In this document: positions 1-10,030 of the stretch, in pieces
Layout of the letters: the number at the start of each line of letters is the position of its first letter
Position numbering within the stretch: the stretch's first letter is position 1
NCBI GenBank assembly: GCA_965223665.1
Contig: OZ245011.1
Location: 3,008,001-3,072,000, forward strand
From: Nitrospinaceae bacterium
Lineage (GTDB): Bacteria > Nitrospinota > Nitrospinia > Nitrospinales > Nitrospinaceae
Length of the DNA stretch: 64,000 nucleotides
Direction of reading: 5' to 3'
The notes under the pieces: generated by a model
What the model saw: only the letters and a program-made list of their open reading frames with translations
What the model was told of the DNA's origin: nothing
The model's database searches: none
Program-made: the position numbers and the translations under genes

Positions 1-611
1 GCGACGGTGAACGTGTAAATATCTGGCAATGGAAAGCTACCTGGAATAAAGAAGGTGCTGGAACTGCTGGAAACACTGGAATGAGTGACATGGAAGATGT
101 ATATGGTTACATGGGCATGGGTTCTGGTGGTTACTACATGTATGAGCCTGGTGGAAAATTGGCTATGAAATCTGCTTTGAAGCCTGGAACATCTGGAAGT
201 AAAGATGAGCGTGGTAAAGGTGGAGTTCATACAGGTGGCGTTGGAGATATCAGTAAACGTGGTAGTTATGTAGATTTTGGTATGGGTAAAAACGAAGGTG
301 TTTTTAATCCTGGCCGAGCTACTGGTAACATGTTATCTGATGCTTCCATGAGACGTTCTCCTGTGGAAGATTTAAATGCTGAAGGTTTCAGTACTTTAAC
401 CACTCAAGCGCATCAAGATGTTGATGGTGAAGGTAACTGGAGTAACAATCGCTGGTCTGTTGTATTCAAGCGAGCTTTGGCCACCGACGATTCTAACGAT
501 ACACAGTTTAGCGGCGGGAAAACTCCAATGGCAATCGCTATTTGGAATGGTCAAAATAAAGAAAGAAATGGTCAGAAAGCTGTTACACAATGGCAAACTT
601 TGGAATATTAA
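1..611 (+). CDS. Partial (5'-truncated) heme b subunit of a DMSO-reductase type II family enzyme, NxrC/ethylbenzene-dehydrogenase-gamma-like
   Basis: The frame is open from base 3 (DGERVNIWQWKATW...). It contains VEDLNAEGFSTLT, W-x-VVFKRAL and AIAIWNG-x-N-x-ERNGQKAV, typical of EB_dh-domain NxrC-like proteins. Confidence 0.75.
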   Translation, partial: DGERVNIWQWKATWNKEGAGTAGNTGMSDMEDVYGYMGMGSGGYYMYEPGGKLAMKSALKPGTSGSKDERGKGGVHTGGVGDISKRGSYVDFGMGKNEGVFNPGRATGNMLSDASMRRSPVEDLNAEGFSTLTTQAHQDVDGEGNWSNNRWSVVFKRALATDDSNDTQFSGGKTPMAIAIWNGQNKERNGQKAVTQWQTLEY

Positions 612-636
612 TCCCAAGTATTCTGATCTAAATATT

Positions 637-670
637 AACCCGGAGGCAAATTTGTCTCCGGGTTTTTTTT
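637..670 (+). terminator. Intrinsic terminator between convergent genes
   Basis: AACCCGGAG-gcaaatttgt-CTCCGGGTT hairpin followed by a T-run, just after the stop at 611. Confidence 0.8.
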
Positions 671-677
671 ATGGAAA

Positions 678-992
678 TTATTCGGTTTCCCAACCCATTT
701 CTTCCCACCGGTGCATTCCTCCCTGACTCACGCAAGTAATATTACTTAAACCCGCTTGCGTCAAGGCATCAGAAGCTTTTTGAGCTCGTCCACCCATTTT
801 GCAATGAACATAAACATTTTTGTATTTTCTTAACTCATCAACAATATCCTGAACTTCATCATGTTTATGGTTTCTTGCTCCTTTAATATGCCCCTCTGCA
901 AATTCTTCCGGACTCCTGACATCTAAAATTAAATCTTCTTCTCCCAAACTTGGAAGAAGGTCATGAAGCTTATCTATATTTATGTTTTCCAT
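678..992 (-). CDS. Rhodanese-like domain protein
   Basis: ILDVRSPEEFAEGHIKGA and active-site HCKMGGRA loop; C-terminal GGMHRW. Confidence 0.9.
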   Translation of the reverse strand: MENINIDKLHDLLPSLGEEDLILDVRSPEEFAEGHIKGARNHKHDEVQDIVDELRKYKNVYVHCKMGGRAQKASDALTQAGLSNITCVSQGGMHRWEEMGWETE

Positions 993-1196
993 ATTTTCCT
1001 CTTTGAAATTTTGTTTCTCGAAAGTTTAAAACTAATTTTTAGAGATAAATTTTCCTTTTTAAGAGAAATTCTTGCCGAAAGCAATTTTTTTTAAAAAAAT
1101 CTCTATATAAATCCCAAATAAAACCAACTGGGCAAAACCCTTTTGAATAAGGCTTTCTACCCCATTCATTCAAAAAATAAGACTTATAAAAAGTTT

Positions 1197-1212
1197 TGGT
1201 ATGGTAATTGCT
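1197..1212 (+). promoter_or_regulatory. Putative sigma54 (-24/-12) promoter of the flgF operon
   Basis: TGGTATG-GTAA-TTGCT with canonical GG-N10-GC spacing, 32 bp upstream of the flgF ATG. Confidence 0.65.
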
Positions 1213-1244
1213 CTTAACGGAATATCAACAATAGGAGTCTGCCT

Positions 1245-2030
1245 ATGCTCGAAGCTTTATATATAGCATCCTCTGGAGCAGTGAAGCAAGAAAGAAAGTT
1301 GGAACTAATAACCAACAACCTGGCCAATGTGACTACCACAGGTTACAAAAAAGATAGCCTTTTTTATAAAGAAATAACCGCTCCAACATCCGATCCTTTG
1401 ACTTTAAATGAAGGACAATCGCTTTTAGAAATTTCACATGAAAATGATGAAACCTCTTATGTAGCGGTTATGGGATCAATGACCCATTTTTCACAGGGGT
1501 ATTTGCAACCTACAGAAAACCCTTTAGATCTGGCTTTAGAAGGAGATGGATTTTTTGCAATGCAGACTGAAGAAGGAATTCGTTACAGCCGAAAAGGGGC
1601 TTTTCGAATGAGTGACGATGGACAATTGGTTCATCCGGACGGCCACTTGGTTTTATCCGAGGGTGGGGATCCAATATCCATTCCCTCAGGAAGTGGTCAA
1701 TTGACTGTTGATCCTGACGGCAATATTTCTGTAGGAAGTGGAAACAACATATCTCCTGTGGGAAAAATTCAAATTGCACATTTTGCAGATCTCAATAATT
1801 TAATCAAAGATGAACATGGATTTTTTAAACCGATTGATCCAGACATTACTCCCGATACGGAAGGAAACACAAAGTTATTACAGGGTTTTGTTGAATCAAG
1901 TAATGTAAATGTCGCAGAGGAAATGACTCTCATGATTGAAACTCACAGGCTTTTCGAAGCCTATCAAAAGGTAATTCAATCTGCAGATGAGGCGGATGGA
2001 CTTTCAGTGAGTATTTCTAGAGTCATTTAA
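1245..2030 (+). CDS. flgF: Flagellar basal-body rod protein FlgF
   Basis: NNLANVTTTGYK N-terminus, TENPLDLALEGDGFF, QGFVESSNVN; directly precedes flgG. Confidence 0.85.
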   Translation: MLEALYIASSGAVKQERKLELITNNLANVTTTGYKKDSLFYKEITAPTSDPLTLNEGQSLLEISHENDETSYVAVMGSMTHFSQGYLQPTENPLDLALEGDGFFAMQTEEGIRYSRKGAFRMSDDGQLVHPDGHLVLSEGGDPISIPSGSGQLTVDPDGNISVGSGNNISPVGKIQIAHFADLNNLIKDEHGFFKPIDPDITPDTEGNTKLLQGFVESSNVNVAEEMTLMIETHRLFEAYQKVIQSADEADGLSVSISRVI

Positions 2031-2071
2031 TAATGAATATTTAAAAACTTTTTTAGATTAGGTGTCTAATA

Positions 2072-2860
2072 ATGATACGTTCGTTGTATACAGCGTCCAC
2101 TGGTATGCAGGCCCAGGATTTAAACGTCAGCGTAATAGCCAATAATCTCTCCAATGTGAATACAGCGGGATTCAAACGAAGCCGTGCAGACTTTCAAGAT
2201 CTTTTGTATCAGAATTTAAGATTAATGGGGACATTATCGAACAATGGAAACCAGGTTCCCACAGGATTTCAACTTGGTTTGGGGGTCAAACCAGCAGCTA
2301 CCCAAAAAGTATTTATCCAAGGAGATTTTGCCCAAACTCAAAATCCATTAGATATTGCAATTGAAGGAAAAGGATTTTTTCAGATTACACAACCCAATGG
2401 TCAAATTGGGTATACACGTTCTGGTGCCTTCAAACTAGATAACGTCGGACAATTAGTCACTTCAGACGGTTTACTCATGCAACCTGCCGTTACCATTCCT
2501 CCCGATGCAATTACTATTTCAATTGATCCCTCTGGGACAGTTTCGGTGACTCAGCCTGGAGCCCCAACTCCTTCCGTCGTCGGGACCATTCAATTAGCCA
2601 CTTTCCAAAACCCAGGGGGATTGAATGCTATAGGAAATAATTTGTTTTTAGAAACAGCTGCATCTGGAACTCCTGTAGTTGGGAATGCTGGATTGGATGA
2701 CAGAGGAACTCTCAGGCAGGGATTTATAGAATTATCTAATGTGAGTGTCGTTGAGGAATTAGTGAACCTTATAACAGCTCAAAGGGCTTATGAGGTAAAT
2801 AGCCGTTCTGTCCAAACTGCGGATGAAATGCTGCAAATTGCAGGGAACCTAAAGCGATAA
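2072..2860 (+). CDS. flgG: Flagellar distal rod protein FlgG
   Basis: [44 protein letters not shown]. Confidence 0.95.
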   Translation: MIRSLYTASTGMQAQDLNVSVIANNLSNVNTAGFKRSRADFQDLLYQNLRLMGTLSNNGNQVPTGFQLGLGVKPAATQKVFIQGDFAQTQNPLDIAIEGKGFFQITQPNGQIGYTRSGAFKLDNVGQLVTSDGLLMQPAVTIPPDAITISIDPSGTVSVTQPGAPTPSVVGTIQLATFQNPGGLNAIGNNLFLETAASGTPVVGNAGLDDRGTLRQGFIELSNVSVVEELVNLITAQRAYEVNSRSVQTADEMLQIAGNLKR

Positions 2861-2864
2861 CATT

Positions 2865-3614
2865 ATGAAAAAATTAAATTTAGATATTCATCAAGTTGTA
2901 AAAATTTATATTACTTTATTTTTCTCCTTATACTTTTTTGGTTTAAATGCACTTACCGCTGAGGCAAAACGGAATCAGCTTGTAAAGGAAAGGCTAATAG
3001 TTAAAGAAGCTAAACGCTTTCTTGAGAATACATTGATTTGGGATTCCGACCATTTAGAAATGGAAATTTTTTATAGCGGTGGAAATCTGGTGATCCCCAA
3101 GGGAGTGGTGGAATTAGAATACAAAATGCCTGGTAGAAAAAATAGAGCTGGGCGAGTTCCCTTAATCCTGAATGTTCGATTAAATGGGTTGGTGAAGAAG
3201 CGTGTCCGAATGTACGCTGAAGTTATTGTTATATATGATGTACTTACAGCAAGACGTGGATTGAGGCGGAACCAAATTTTAACTGAAAGAGACGTGGAAT
3301 GGACGGAAGTAAGATCTAAACATGTACTTAGAAATGTAGTGACGGATTTAAATGAAGTCATTGGAAGTAAAATTACAAGGAATCTGGATCCAGGTGAAAA
3401 TCTATCACCCTATATGTTGAAAAAGGTTCCTTTGGTAAAACGTGGGGACCGTGTCACTTTAATTGCAATTAAAGGCGCTCTTAAAATTACGGTTCCTGGT
3501 GTAGCCAAAGAGAATGGCTTTAAAGATGCAACGGTTATGGTACAAAATGTTCAATCCAAAAAAATTGTTTATGGAACCGTTGTTAATTCCAGAACTGTGA
3601 TGGTCAATTATTAA
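2865..3614 (+). CDS. flgA: P-ring formation chaperone FlgA
   Basis: Signal-like N-terminus, SAF-like region, LVKRGDRV...VQNVQSKKIVYGTV; lies between flgG and flgH. Confidence 0.85.
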   Translation: MKKLNLDIHQVVKIYITLFFSLYFFGLNALTAEAKRNQLVKERLIVKEAKRFLENTLIWDSDHLEMEIFYSGGNLVIPKGVVELEYKMPGRKNRAGRVPLILNVRLNGLVKKRVRMYAEVIVIYDVLTARRGLRRNQILTERDVEWTEVRSKHVLRNVVTDLNEVIGSKITRNLDPGENLSPYMLKKVPLVKRGDRVTLIAIKGALKITVPGVAKENGFKDATVMVQNVQSKKIVYGTVVNSRTVMVNY

Positions 3615-3631
3615 TTAATGGGAAATCTATT

Positions 3632-4345
3632 TTGAAAAATTTAATTTTGCGTTCATTTTTATTTTTAATAATGATTGTTGGATTAACTGCATGTGTTTCT
3701 GATCCAAAACCACCAAATCCGGCTTCACAGATAGTTACACAAAAAATTTATGAGGATTCTGTTTATATTCCTGAAGAAGGTTCAATTTGGCCAGGAGAAA
3801 CTTCAGAAAACTTATTATTTGCGGATACCAAAGCTAAAGAAGTAGGTGATGTAGTCATAGTAAGGTTAAATGAAGATTTTACTTCTTCCCAAACAGCATC
3901 CACAGATACTTCAAAGGACTCAAGTATAGATATTGAAACGGGGTCGGTTTTTGGTTTACCGACAGATTTTGGAATTTCAAATTTTTTGGGTTCCGGCAAC
4001 AGTTTTAGTCCAAACTTAGAAGCGACTACCTCCCGTTCAACGGCCGGTTCTGGTACTACCTCAAGACAAGGTTCTATGACGGGGACCATGGCTGCTGTAA
4101 TAAAGGGAATTTTACCAAGTGGTAATTTTGTCATTGAAGGAAAGCGTAAAGTAACAATAAATAATGAAGACCAGTTGATGGTGTTGAGTGGTGTCATTCG
4201 ACGAGTTGATATAGGTTTTGATAATTCTATTCCTTCACAAAAAATTGCTGATGCTTCAATTATTTATACAGGTAAAGGTGTTATTGCAGATGAACAGAAA
4301 GTTGGATGGTTCACTCGAATTTTGGCTCATATTTGGCCATTTTAA
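3632..4345 (+). CDS. flgH: Flagellar L-ring lipoprotein FlgH
   Basis: Lipobox LTAC, LFADTKAKEVGDVV, SGVIRRVDI, C-terminal GWF...WPF. Confidence 0.93.
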   Translation: MKNLILRSFLFLIMIVGLTACVSDPKPPNPASQIVTQKIYEDSVYIPEEGSIWPGETSENLLFADTKAKEVGDVVIVRLNEDFTSSQTASTDTSKDSSIDIETGSVFGLPTDFGISNFLGSGNSFSPNLEATTSRSTAGSGTTSRQGSMTGTMAAVIKGILPSGNFVIEGKRKVTINNEDQLMVLSGVIRRVDIGFDNSIPSQKIADASIIYTGKGVIADEQKVGWFTRILAHIWPF

Positions 4346-4447
4346 GAAAAAGTTATCAGTTGAAATATAAAAAATAAGTAATTTCTTTATCAAGTACCAA
4401 ACAAGCATAGATGCTCTTGGCACACTAATACAGTTGGAGATACAAGG

Positions 4448-5572
4448 ATGTTTCAAAACATTTATGGAAAAATGGCGTTATCGGTTTTTATTGTATTGTG
4501 TTTTCTGATTGGAACAGCTCAATCTGCTCGAATTAAAGATATAGCGAATATAAATGGGGTTCGTCACAATCAATTGATCGGTTTTGGATTGGTCATTGGT
4601 CTGGCTAATACCGGTGACCGTGCAACTAACGTTTTCTTTTCCATCCAAACCGTAGTAAATATGCTCCAAAAATTAGGAGTAACTGTCCCTGAAGATCGAG
4701 TGAATCAACTCCAATTCAAAAATGCTGCAACGGTTATGGTCACTGCGGAACTTCCACCCTTTGCCAAACAGGGAGACCGTATTGATGTTATGGTCTCATC
4801 ATTAGGAGATTCTAAAAGTTTGCAAGGAGGAACCCTGTTGATGACTCCTTTAAAGGGTCCTGATTCTGTGATCTACGCAGTAGCTCAAGGACCATTATCC
4901 ATAGGTGGATTTTCAGTTCAGGGGCAAGCACAAGGAGTGCAAAAAAATCACCTAAACGTTGGTCGGATTGTAAATGGAGCTTTTGTTGAAAAAGAATTAA
5001 AGAATGACTTTAAAAATAGAGACGAGTTGCTTCTCTCAATGAAATTAACTGATTTTACAACAGGGTTTAGAATCGCCAAAGTAATAAATACAGAATTAAG
5101 GGATGTAATTGCTACTCCATTAGATGGAAGAACTATTAAAGTAAAAGTGCCCCCATTCTATATACAAAATGTTCCAGCTTTTGTGACTAAAATAGAATCC
5201 TTGCAAGTTGAACCCGATACAGTTGCAAAGGTAATAATTGATGAAAGAACAGGGACCATTGTAATGGGAGAAAATGTGCGTCTGTCCACAGTGGCAGTAG
5301 CACATGGAAATCTTTTTGTTCAAATAACAGAATCTCCGTTGGTTTCGCAACCCCCTCCGTTCTCACCAAATGGAGAAACAGTAATTGTGCCTAGATCTCG
5401 AGTGACAATTGAGGAAGGAGAAGACCGGTTATTGATCGTTCCAAAAGGTGTTGGGATTGGCGAAGTGGTGAACGCGCTTAATGCATTGGGAGTGACTCCA
5501 CGAGATTTAATAGCAATCCTTCAAGCCATAAAAGCTGCCGGTTCTTTACATGCTCAATTGGAAATTATTTAG
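4448..5572 (+). CDS. flgI: Flagellar P-ring protein FlgI
   Basis: RIKDIA...NQLIGFGLVIGL, SLQGGTLLMTPL, LIAILQAIKAAGSLHAQLEII. Confidence 0.96.
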   Translation: MFQNIYGKMALSVFIVLCFLIGTAQSARIKDIANINGVRHNQLIGFGLVIGLANTGDRATNVFFSIQTVVNMLQKLGVTVPEDRVNQLQFKNAATVMVTAELPPFAKQGDRIDVMVSSLGDSKSLQGGTLLMTPLKGPDSVIYAVAQGPLSIGGFSVQGQAQGVQKNHLNVGRIVNGAFVEKELKNDFKNRDELLLSMKLTDFTTGFRIAKVINTELRDVIATPLDGRTIKVKVPPFYIQNVPAFVTKIESLQVEPDTVAKVIIDERTGTIVMGENVRLSTVAVAHGNLFVQITESPLVSQPPPFSPNGETVIVPRSRVTIEEGEDRLLIVPKGVGIGEVVNALNALGVTPRDLIAILQAIKAAGSLHAQLEII

Positions 5573-5715
5573 TAAGTATCAATTTTTAAACAGGAATATT
5601 TTTTATATTTATCAGGGAAAATTTTTCCGACTATATAATCTATTGGTCATTTGCATGCAAGCTTGAGACTTATTACTTATTGTTTTTTGCGCATTTAAAT
5701 TAATGAGGATTTTCA

Positions 5716-5731
5716 TGGCATTGTGTTTGCT
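5716..5731 (+). promoter_or_regulatory. Putative sigma54 promoter for flgJ-N-K-L
   Basis: TGGCATT-GTGT-TTGCT, a near-consensus -24/-12 site in the flgI-flgJ gap. Confidence 0.7.
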
Positions 5732-5808
5732 TAATTTCAGTAGAGCTAAATCTGTTAGTGATTTATTTGCCCTTTAGAGCTATTAAAAATATAGATTGAG
5801 AAACAAGA

Positions 5809-6201
5809 ATGGATATAAGTTTTCCTATTAACCAACCATCAAATATTTTAAATTTTTCTAACCCTTCCCGAGCGGAAGGCTTGTTGAATAGGTTGAAGAA
5901 TTCAAGTTTAGAAAAAAATGGTCCGGCTGAATTAAGTAATTCGGTATCCAGAGAAACAGAATTAAAAGAAGTTGCTCAGCAGTTTGAGGGAATGTTTCTT
6001 CATATTTTGCTTAAATCCATGAGGGCCACAGTTCCCAAATCAGGTTTATTTAAAAGTTTCGCTATGGATCAATATCAATCCATGCTGGATGAAGAAATTG
6101 CTACTGCTGGTTCTAAGCAGGGGGGATTAGGTTTGTCCGAACTATTTTATGATCAATTTAGCCGGTTGGATAAACAACTGCTTAACGAGAAAACAGGATA
6201 A
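5809..6201 (+). CDS. flgJ: FlgJ, rod-binding domain only (no muramidase domain)
   Basis: LKEVAQQFEGMFLHILLKSMRATV...GGLGLSELFYDQF; 130 aa. Confidence 0.85.
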   Translation: MDISFPINQPSNILNFSNPSRAEGLLNRLKNSSLEKNGPAELSNSVSRETELKEVAQQFEGMFLHILLKSMRATVPKSGLFKSFAMDQYQSMLDEEIATAGSKQGGLGLSELFYDQFSRLDKQLLNEKTG

Positions 6202-6238
6202 TTGAAATTCATAAGTATCTCTAAATCTCGAGGAATGT

Positions 6239-6739
6239 ATGGAAAATTCATATAAAATTTTGGACGAGTTATTGTTAAAAAAGACTCAGCTATATACCAA
6301 ATTTATTGATTTGCTAAAAGAAGAGTGGACGGCTGTCACTCAATATATGCTAGAGCGATTGGAAGAAATACTGGAGAAAAAAGAAGTATTAGTCGAAGAA
6401 ATCCAGAAAATTAATGTAATGCGGGAAAAAGTGGTTCAAACAATTGCTGGAAAGCAAAATATTCCTGTAAATGAAATTACATTAAACAAAATTATTGAAT
6501 TGAAAGAAAATCTTTGGTCAGAAAGAATGCAACTGCATAGAGAAAAGTTGCGTGAACAAATAGAATTAATCAATGAATTAAACTTAACGAACAGGAATTT
6601 AATTAATCGTTCGGCTATGACAGCAAAAAAATCCGTTACATGGTTATATCAAGTGGACGCTTCATATTCGCCTTACCACGCTAATGGACAAATCGCCGAT
6701 CCAAAATTTGAAAGCCGTATGGTAAGTACAGACGCTTAA
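6239..6739 (+). CDS. flgN: Flagellar export chaperone FlgN
   Basis: Helical 166-aa protein with ELNLTNRNLI and a C-terminal Y-x-x-x-G, immediately upstream of flgK. Confidence 0.75.
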   Translation: MENSYKILDELLLKKTQLYTKFIDLLKEEWTAVTQYMLERLEEILEKKEVLVEEIQKINVMREKVVQTIAGKQNIPVNEITLNKIIELKENLWSERMQLHREKLREQIELINELNLTNRNLINRSAMTAKKSVTWLYQVDASYSPYHANGQIADPKFESRMVSTDA

Positions 6740-6771
6740 GAAAGATTTTTTTCCAAGGATGGGAAAGTAAA

Positions 6772-8451
6772 ATGACAACAAATATTTTTAGTATCCTCAA
6801 TATTGCAAAGTCCAGCCTGTTTGCTCAACAATCTGCTATTGAGGTGACAGGACACAATATATCTAATGTCCAAACCAAAGGTTATACCCGCCAAGAAGTA
6901 AATCTCGAAACTTTTCCCCCAAGACAATCTGGATTAGGTCTTTTAGGAACCGGTGTCAAAATACGAAATATTACGCGAGATTTTGATCAATTTCTGTTTA
7001 ATCAGATTTTAGGAGAAGGAAGCACTACGGGTAACTTCGAAGCCAGACAAAAAATCTTTGAAAAATTGGATATTATTTTTAATGAGACAACAGGCCGCAG
7101 TTTAAACAGTGAGTTTAGCGAATTTTTTAAAGGGTTTGATGATTTAGCTACGAACCCTACTGGACTTCCTGAAAGAAGCACCATAATTGGAAATGCTCAA
7201 TCCTTGGTTTCGGTCTTCAATTTGATGGGTAAATCTTTGTTTCAAGAAAGATTGGACCTCAATGTATTAGTGGAAGACAGAGTTACTGAAATTAATGGTC
7301 TATTAGATGAAATTCAGGAATTGAATGTGGCTATTCACGCAAATGAACCTGGTGATGATGTTGCAAATGATTTGAGAGATCAAAGAGATATTCGAGTTCG
7401 TGAATTATCAGAAAAAATAGATATTAATATTATTGAAGAAAACTCAAATCAAATTAAACTTACGACCACTGATGGAACTCCATTAATTTTAGGAATTGAA
7501 GCTTTTAGATTGAGTACAGCCACAAACGGAAATAATCGAGGGCTAAAGGATGTATTTGTTAGTGATGGAGGATTTGGTACGGTCAATATAACAAATCGTA
7601 TTCAGGGTGGAGAAATTAGAGGTATATTAGATTTACGAGATCGTGAAATTACTTCCGCAATTGATCAATTGGATCGGTTAGCCGCAGGCGTGATTCAAGA
7701 AGTAAATCGAGTGCATCAACAAGGTGTAGGATTAGATGGAAGTACAGGAAATAATTTCTTTGCTCCTCTGGATCCTGTTGTCCATGCAGATGTGAATAAT
7801 ACTGGGTCAGCTAATGTGACTATGATAAATGCAAGCCCTACTTCGGTTTCTGTTGATAAATTCGAACTCCATTTTACAAGTGCGACATCGTTTGATTTAG
7901 TAAATACAACCACGGGAGTGACATCAGGTCCCAATCCATTTGTTGCTGGAAGTACATTTAATCTAGTAAATGGGTTAGCTGTTACGATAAATGGAACTGC
8001 TGCGGCAGGTGATGTTTTCAGATTTTCAGTATCAGAAGATGCAGCATTAAAAATCCAACTCAACGATGCGGTAGTAACAGATACCAGAAAAATGGCTGCT
8101 GGGTTGAATGGTAGTGAAGATGGGGGCAACGCACGTGCCTTATCGGATTTACAAAACAGATTTGTATTTGATGGATCGTCCTATCGCTCTGGATCGGGAT
8201 CGGTGACCTTCAATGCTTTTTATAATGCTTTGGTGAGTAGTATTGGTGTCGCATCAAAAACGGCTCAAACGGTAGTGGAACAACAGGAAGGTGTAATGCT
8301 TCAATTAGATAATCGTAGGCAAAGCATATCTGGTGTATCCATTGATGAGGAAATGATTAATCTAATTAAATTCCAGCAAGCCTATCAAGCAGCGGCGAGA
8401 TTAATAAATGTTGTGGATGAGATGTTTGACATTATTCAGGAACGAATTTAA
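6772..8451 (+). CDS. flgK: Hook-associated protein FlgK
   Basis: GHNISNVQTKGYTRQ, NDLRDQRD, SGVSIDEEMINLIKFQQAYQAAAR. Confidence 0.95.
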   Translation: MTTNIFSILNIAKSSLFAQQSAIEVTGHNISNVQTKGYTRQEVNLETFPPRQSGLGLLGTGVKIRNITRDFDQFLFNQILGEGSTTGNFEARQKIFEKLDIIFNETTGRSLNSEFSEFFKGFDDLATNPTGLPERSTIIGNAQSLVSVFNLMGKSLFQERLDLNVLVEDRVTEINGLLDEIQELNVAIHANEPGDDVANDLRDQRDIRVRELSEKIDINIIEENSNQIKLTTTDGTPLILGIEAFRLSTATNGNNRGLKDVFVSDGGFGTVNITNRIQGGEIRGILDLRDREITSAIDQLDRLAAGVIQEVNRVHQQGVGLDGSTGNNFFAPLDPVVHADVNNTGSANVTMINASPTSVSVDKFELHFTSATSFDLVNTTTGVTSGPNPFVAGSTFNLVNGLAVTINGTAAAGDVFRFSVSEDAALKIQLNDAVVTDTRKMAAGLNGSEDGGNARALSDLQNRFVFDGSSYRSGSGSVTFNAFYNALVSSIGVASKTAQTVVEQQEGVMLQLDNRRQSISGVSIDEEMINLIKFQQAYQAAARLINVVDEMFDIIQERI

Positions 8452-8478
8452 ATAAATGCATTTAAGCGGAATTAAATT

Positions 8479-10005
8479 ATGGTAACGCGGGTTACAAATC
8501 AAGCGCAACAAGCCAGTGCTTTGAGAAATATTTTTCGTATTACAGAAGATTTGTTTAAAGCTAACGAAAGAGTTGCAACTGGAAAAAGAATTAATAAACC
8601 ATCGGATGATCCAGCTGGGATACGTGATTCGTTAAGTTTAAAAACCTCAATCGCACAAACAAAACAATTCTTAAAAAATATGGATAATAATGAATTATTT
8701 TTAGAATCTGCGGATTCCTCTCTGGATACTGTTGGACTAAACTTAATTCGGGCAAGAGAACTTGCGATTGGGGCATTGAGTGGCGCAGATACTGCAGAAA
8801 CAAGAAGGTTCGCAGCGGTAGAAATTAGTCAAATCATTAATCAGGTATTTCAATCTGCAAATACTAAAGTAGGAAATCGTTTTATTTTTTCTGGAACACG
8901 ACTTTTAATTGAACCGTTCCAGTTGGACCCCGCTGGTTCGGGTGCTGTTTATTTGGGAAATAGTTCTCGGTTTTCTTTAGAAATAGCCCCTAACCAAACT
9001 GTTGAAATCACTCGCCCCGGTTCAGAAATTTTTGCAACCGATTTGAATCCAATAATCAATCCAAACACGCCCATTGCAGATTTAAATGGTGGGAATGGGG
9101 TTCCTCCAGGTGATATTTCTATTACGGACCGTTCCGGAAATAATGCTGTGATTTCTATCACATCCGGTATGAATTTTAACGATGTGATTAATGCAATAAA
9201 TGGAACTGGTTTAAATGTTACAGCTTCCTTAAATAGTGATCAAACTGGTCTTTTGCTTACAGAATCCAGTACCAATATTTTAAATCCTTTAATTATTAGC
9301 GAGGTGGGTGGCGGGTCTACTGCAGCGGGTTTGGGTATTTTAGGACAACGGGATGGGTCCTTAAAAGGTCGTGATTTAGATCCTATTGTGACGGTCAATA
9401 CCCTTATTTCTAACTTGAATAATGGTAACGGTTTATCCCTCGATCAAATCAATATAGTAAATGGGTCCGCATCTGGAACCATAAGTTTAAGTACTGCCAC
9501 TACCATTGGCGATGTCTTAACCACAATTAATAGCTCTGGATTAAATGTTAATGCAAGTATCAATAGTACAGGTAATGCACTAAGAGTAGTTTCCACAGAT
9601 CCCAATTCTGCTGCAATTATAAGAAATGTAGGATTGGGTACAACCGCAACAGATTTGGGGTTAGGGGGAGGCCGTAACGTTTTCTTGGCACTGGAAAAAT
9701 TACGAGAAGCCCTTCAAAAGGATGACTCGGATGGAATTATTGCGTCGTTAGATAATTTAGAAGCGGTGTTGAATAGTGTCACCAACGCTAGGGCTGATTT
9801 TGGAGCTATATTAAGAAGAACCATCCAAACCAAAAATGTTCACGAAAGTGATGTAGTAGATCAAGAACAACAATTAGCTTCTGTGGAAGATTCCGATATT
9901 ACGAAAGAAGCATCCGAAATACAATTATTGGAATTTGCATTAGAAGCCACTTTAAATACCAGTGCACGGATATTACAACCTACCCTTTTGGATTTTCTAA
10001 GGTAA
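8479..10005 (+). CDS. flgL: Hook-associated protein FlgL, long form with a duplicated internal domain
   Basis: TGKRINKPSDDP, RFIFSG, C-terminal ILQPTLLDFLR; follows flgK. Confidence 0.92.
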   Translation: MVTRVTNQAQQASALRNIFRITEDLFKANERVATGKRINKPSDDPAGIRDSLSLKTSIAQTKQFLKNMDNNELFLESADSSLDTVGLNLIRARELAIGALSGADTAETRRFAAVEISQIINQVFQSANTKVGNRFIFSGTRLLIEPFQLDPAGSGAVYLGNSSRFSLEIAPNQTVEITRPGSEIFATDLNPIINPNTPIADLNGGNGVPPGDISITDRSGNNAVISITSGMNFNDVINAINGTGLNVTASLNSDQTGLLLTESSTNILNPLIISEVGGGSTAAGLGILGQRDGSLKGRDLDPIVTVNTLISNLNNGNGLSLDQINIVNGSASGTISLSTATTIGDVLTTINSSGLNVNASINSTGNALRVVSTDPNSAAIIRNVGLGTTATDLGLGGGRNVFLALEKLREALQKDDSDGIIASLDNLEAVLNSVTNARADFGAILRRTIQTKNVHESDVVDQEQQLASVEDSDITKEASEIQLLEFALEATLNTSARILQPTLLDFLR

Positions 10006-10030
10006 ACTTCTAAAGATTTAAAATAATTTA

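Noticed and set aside
4418-4433. sigma54 promoter before flgI (TGGCACACTAATACAG)
   Set aside because: The -24 box is good but the -12 GC is missing.
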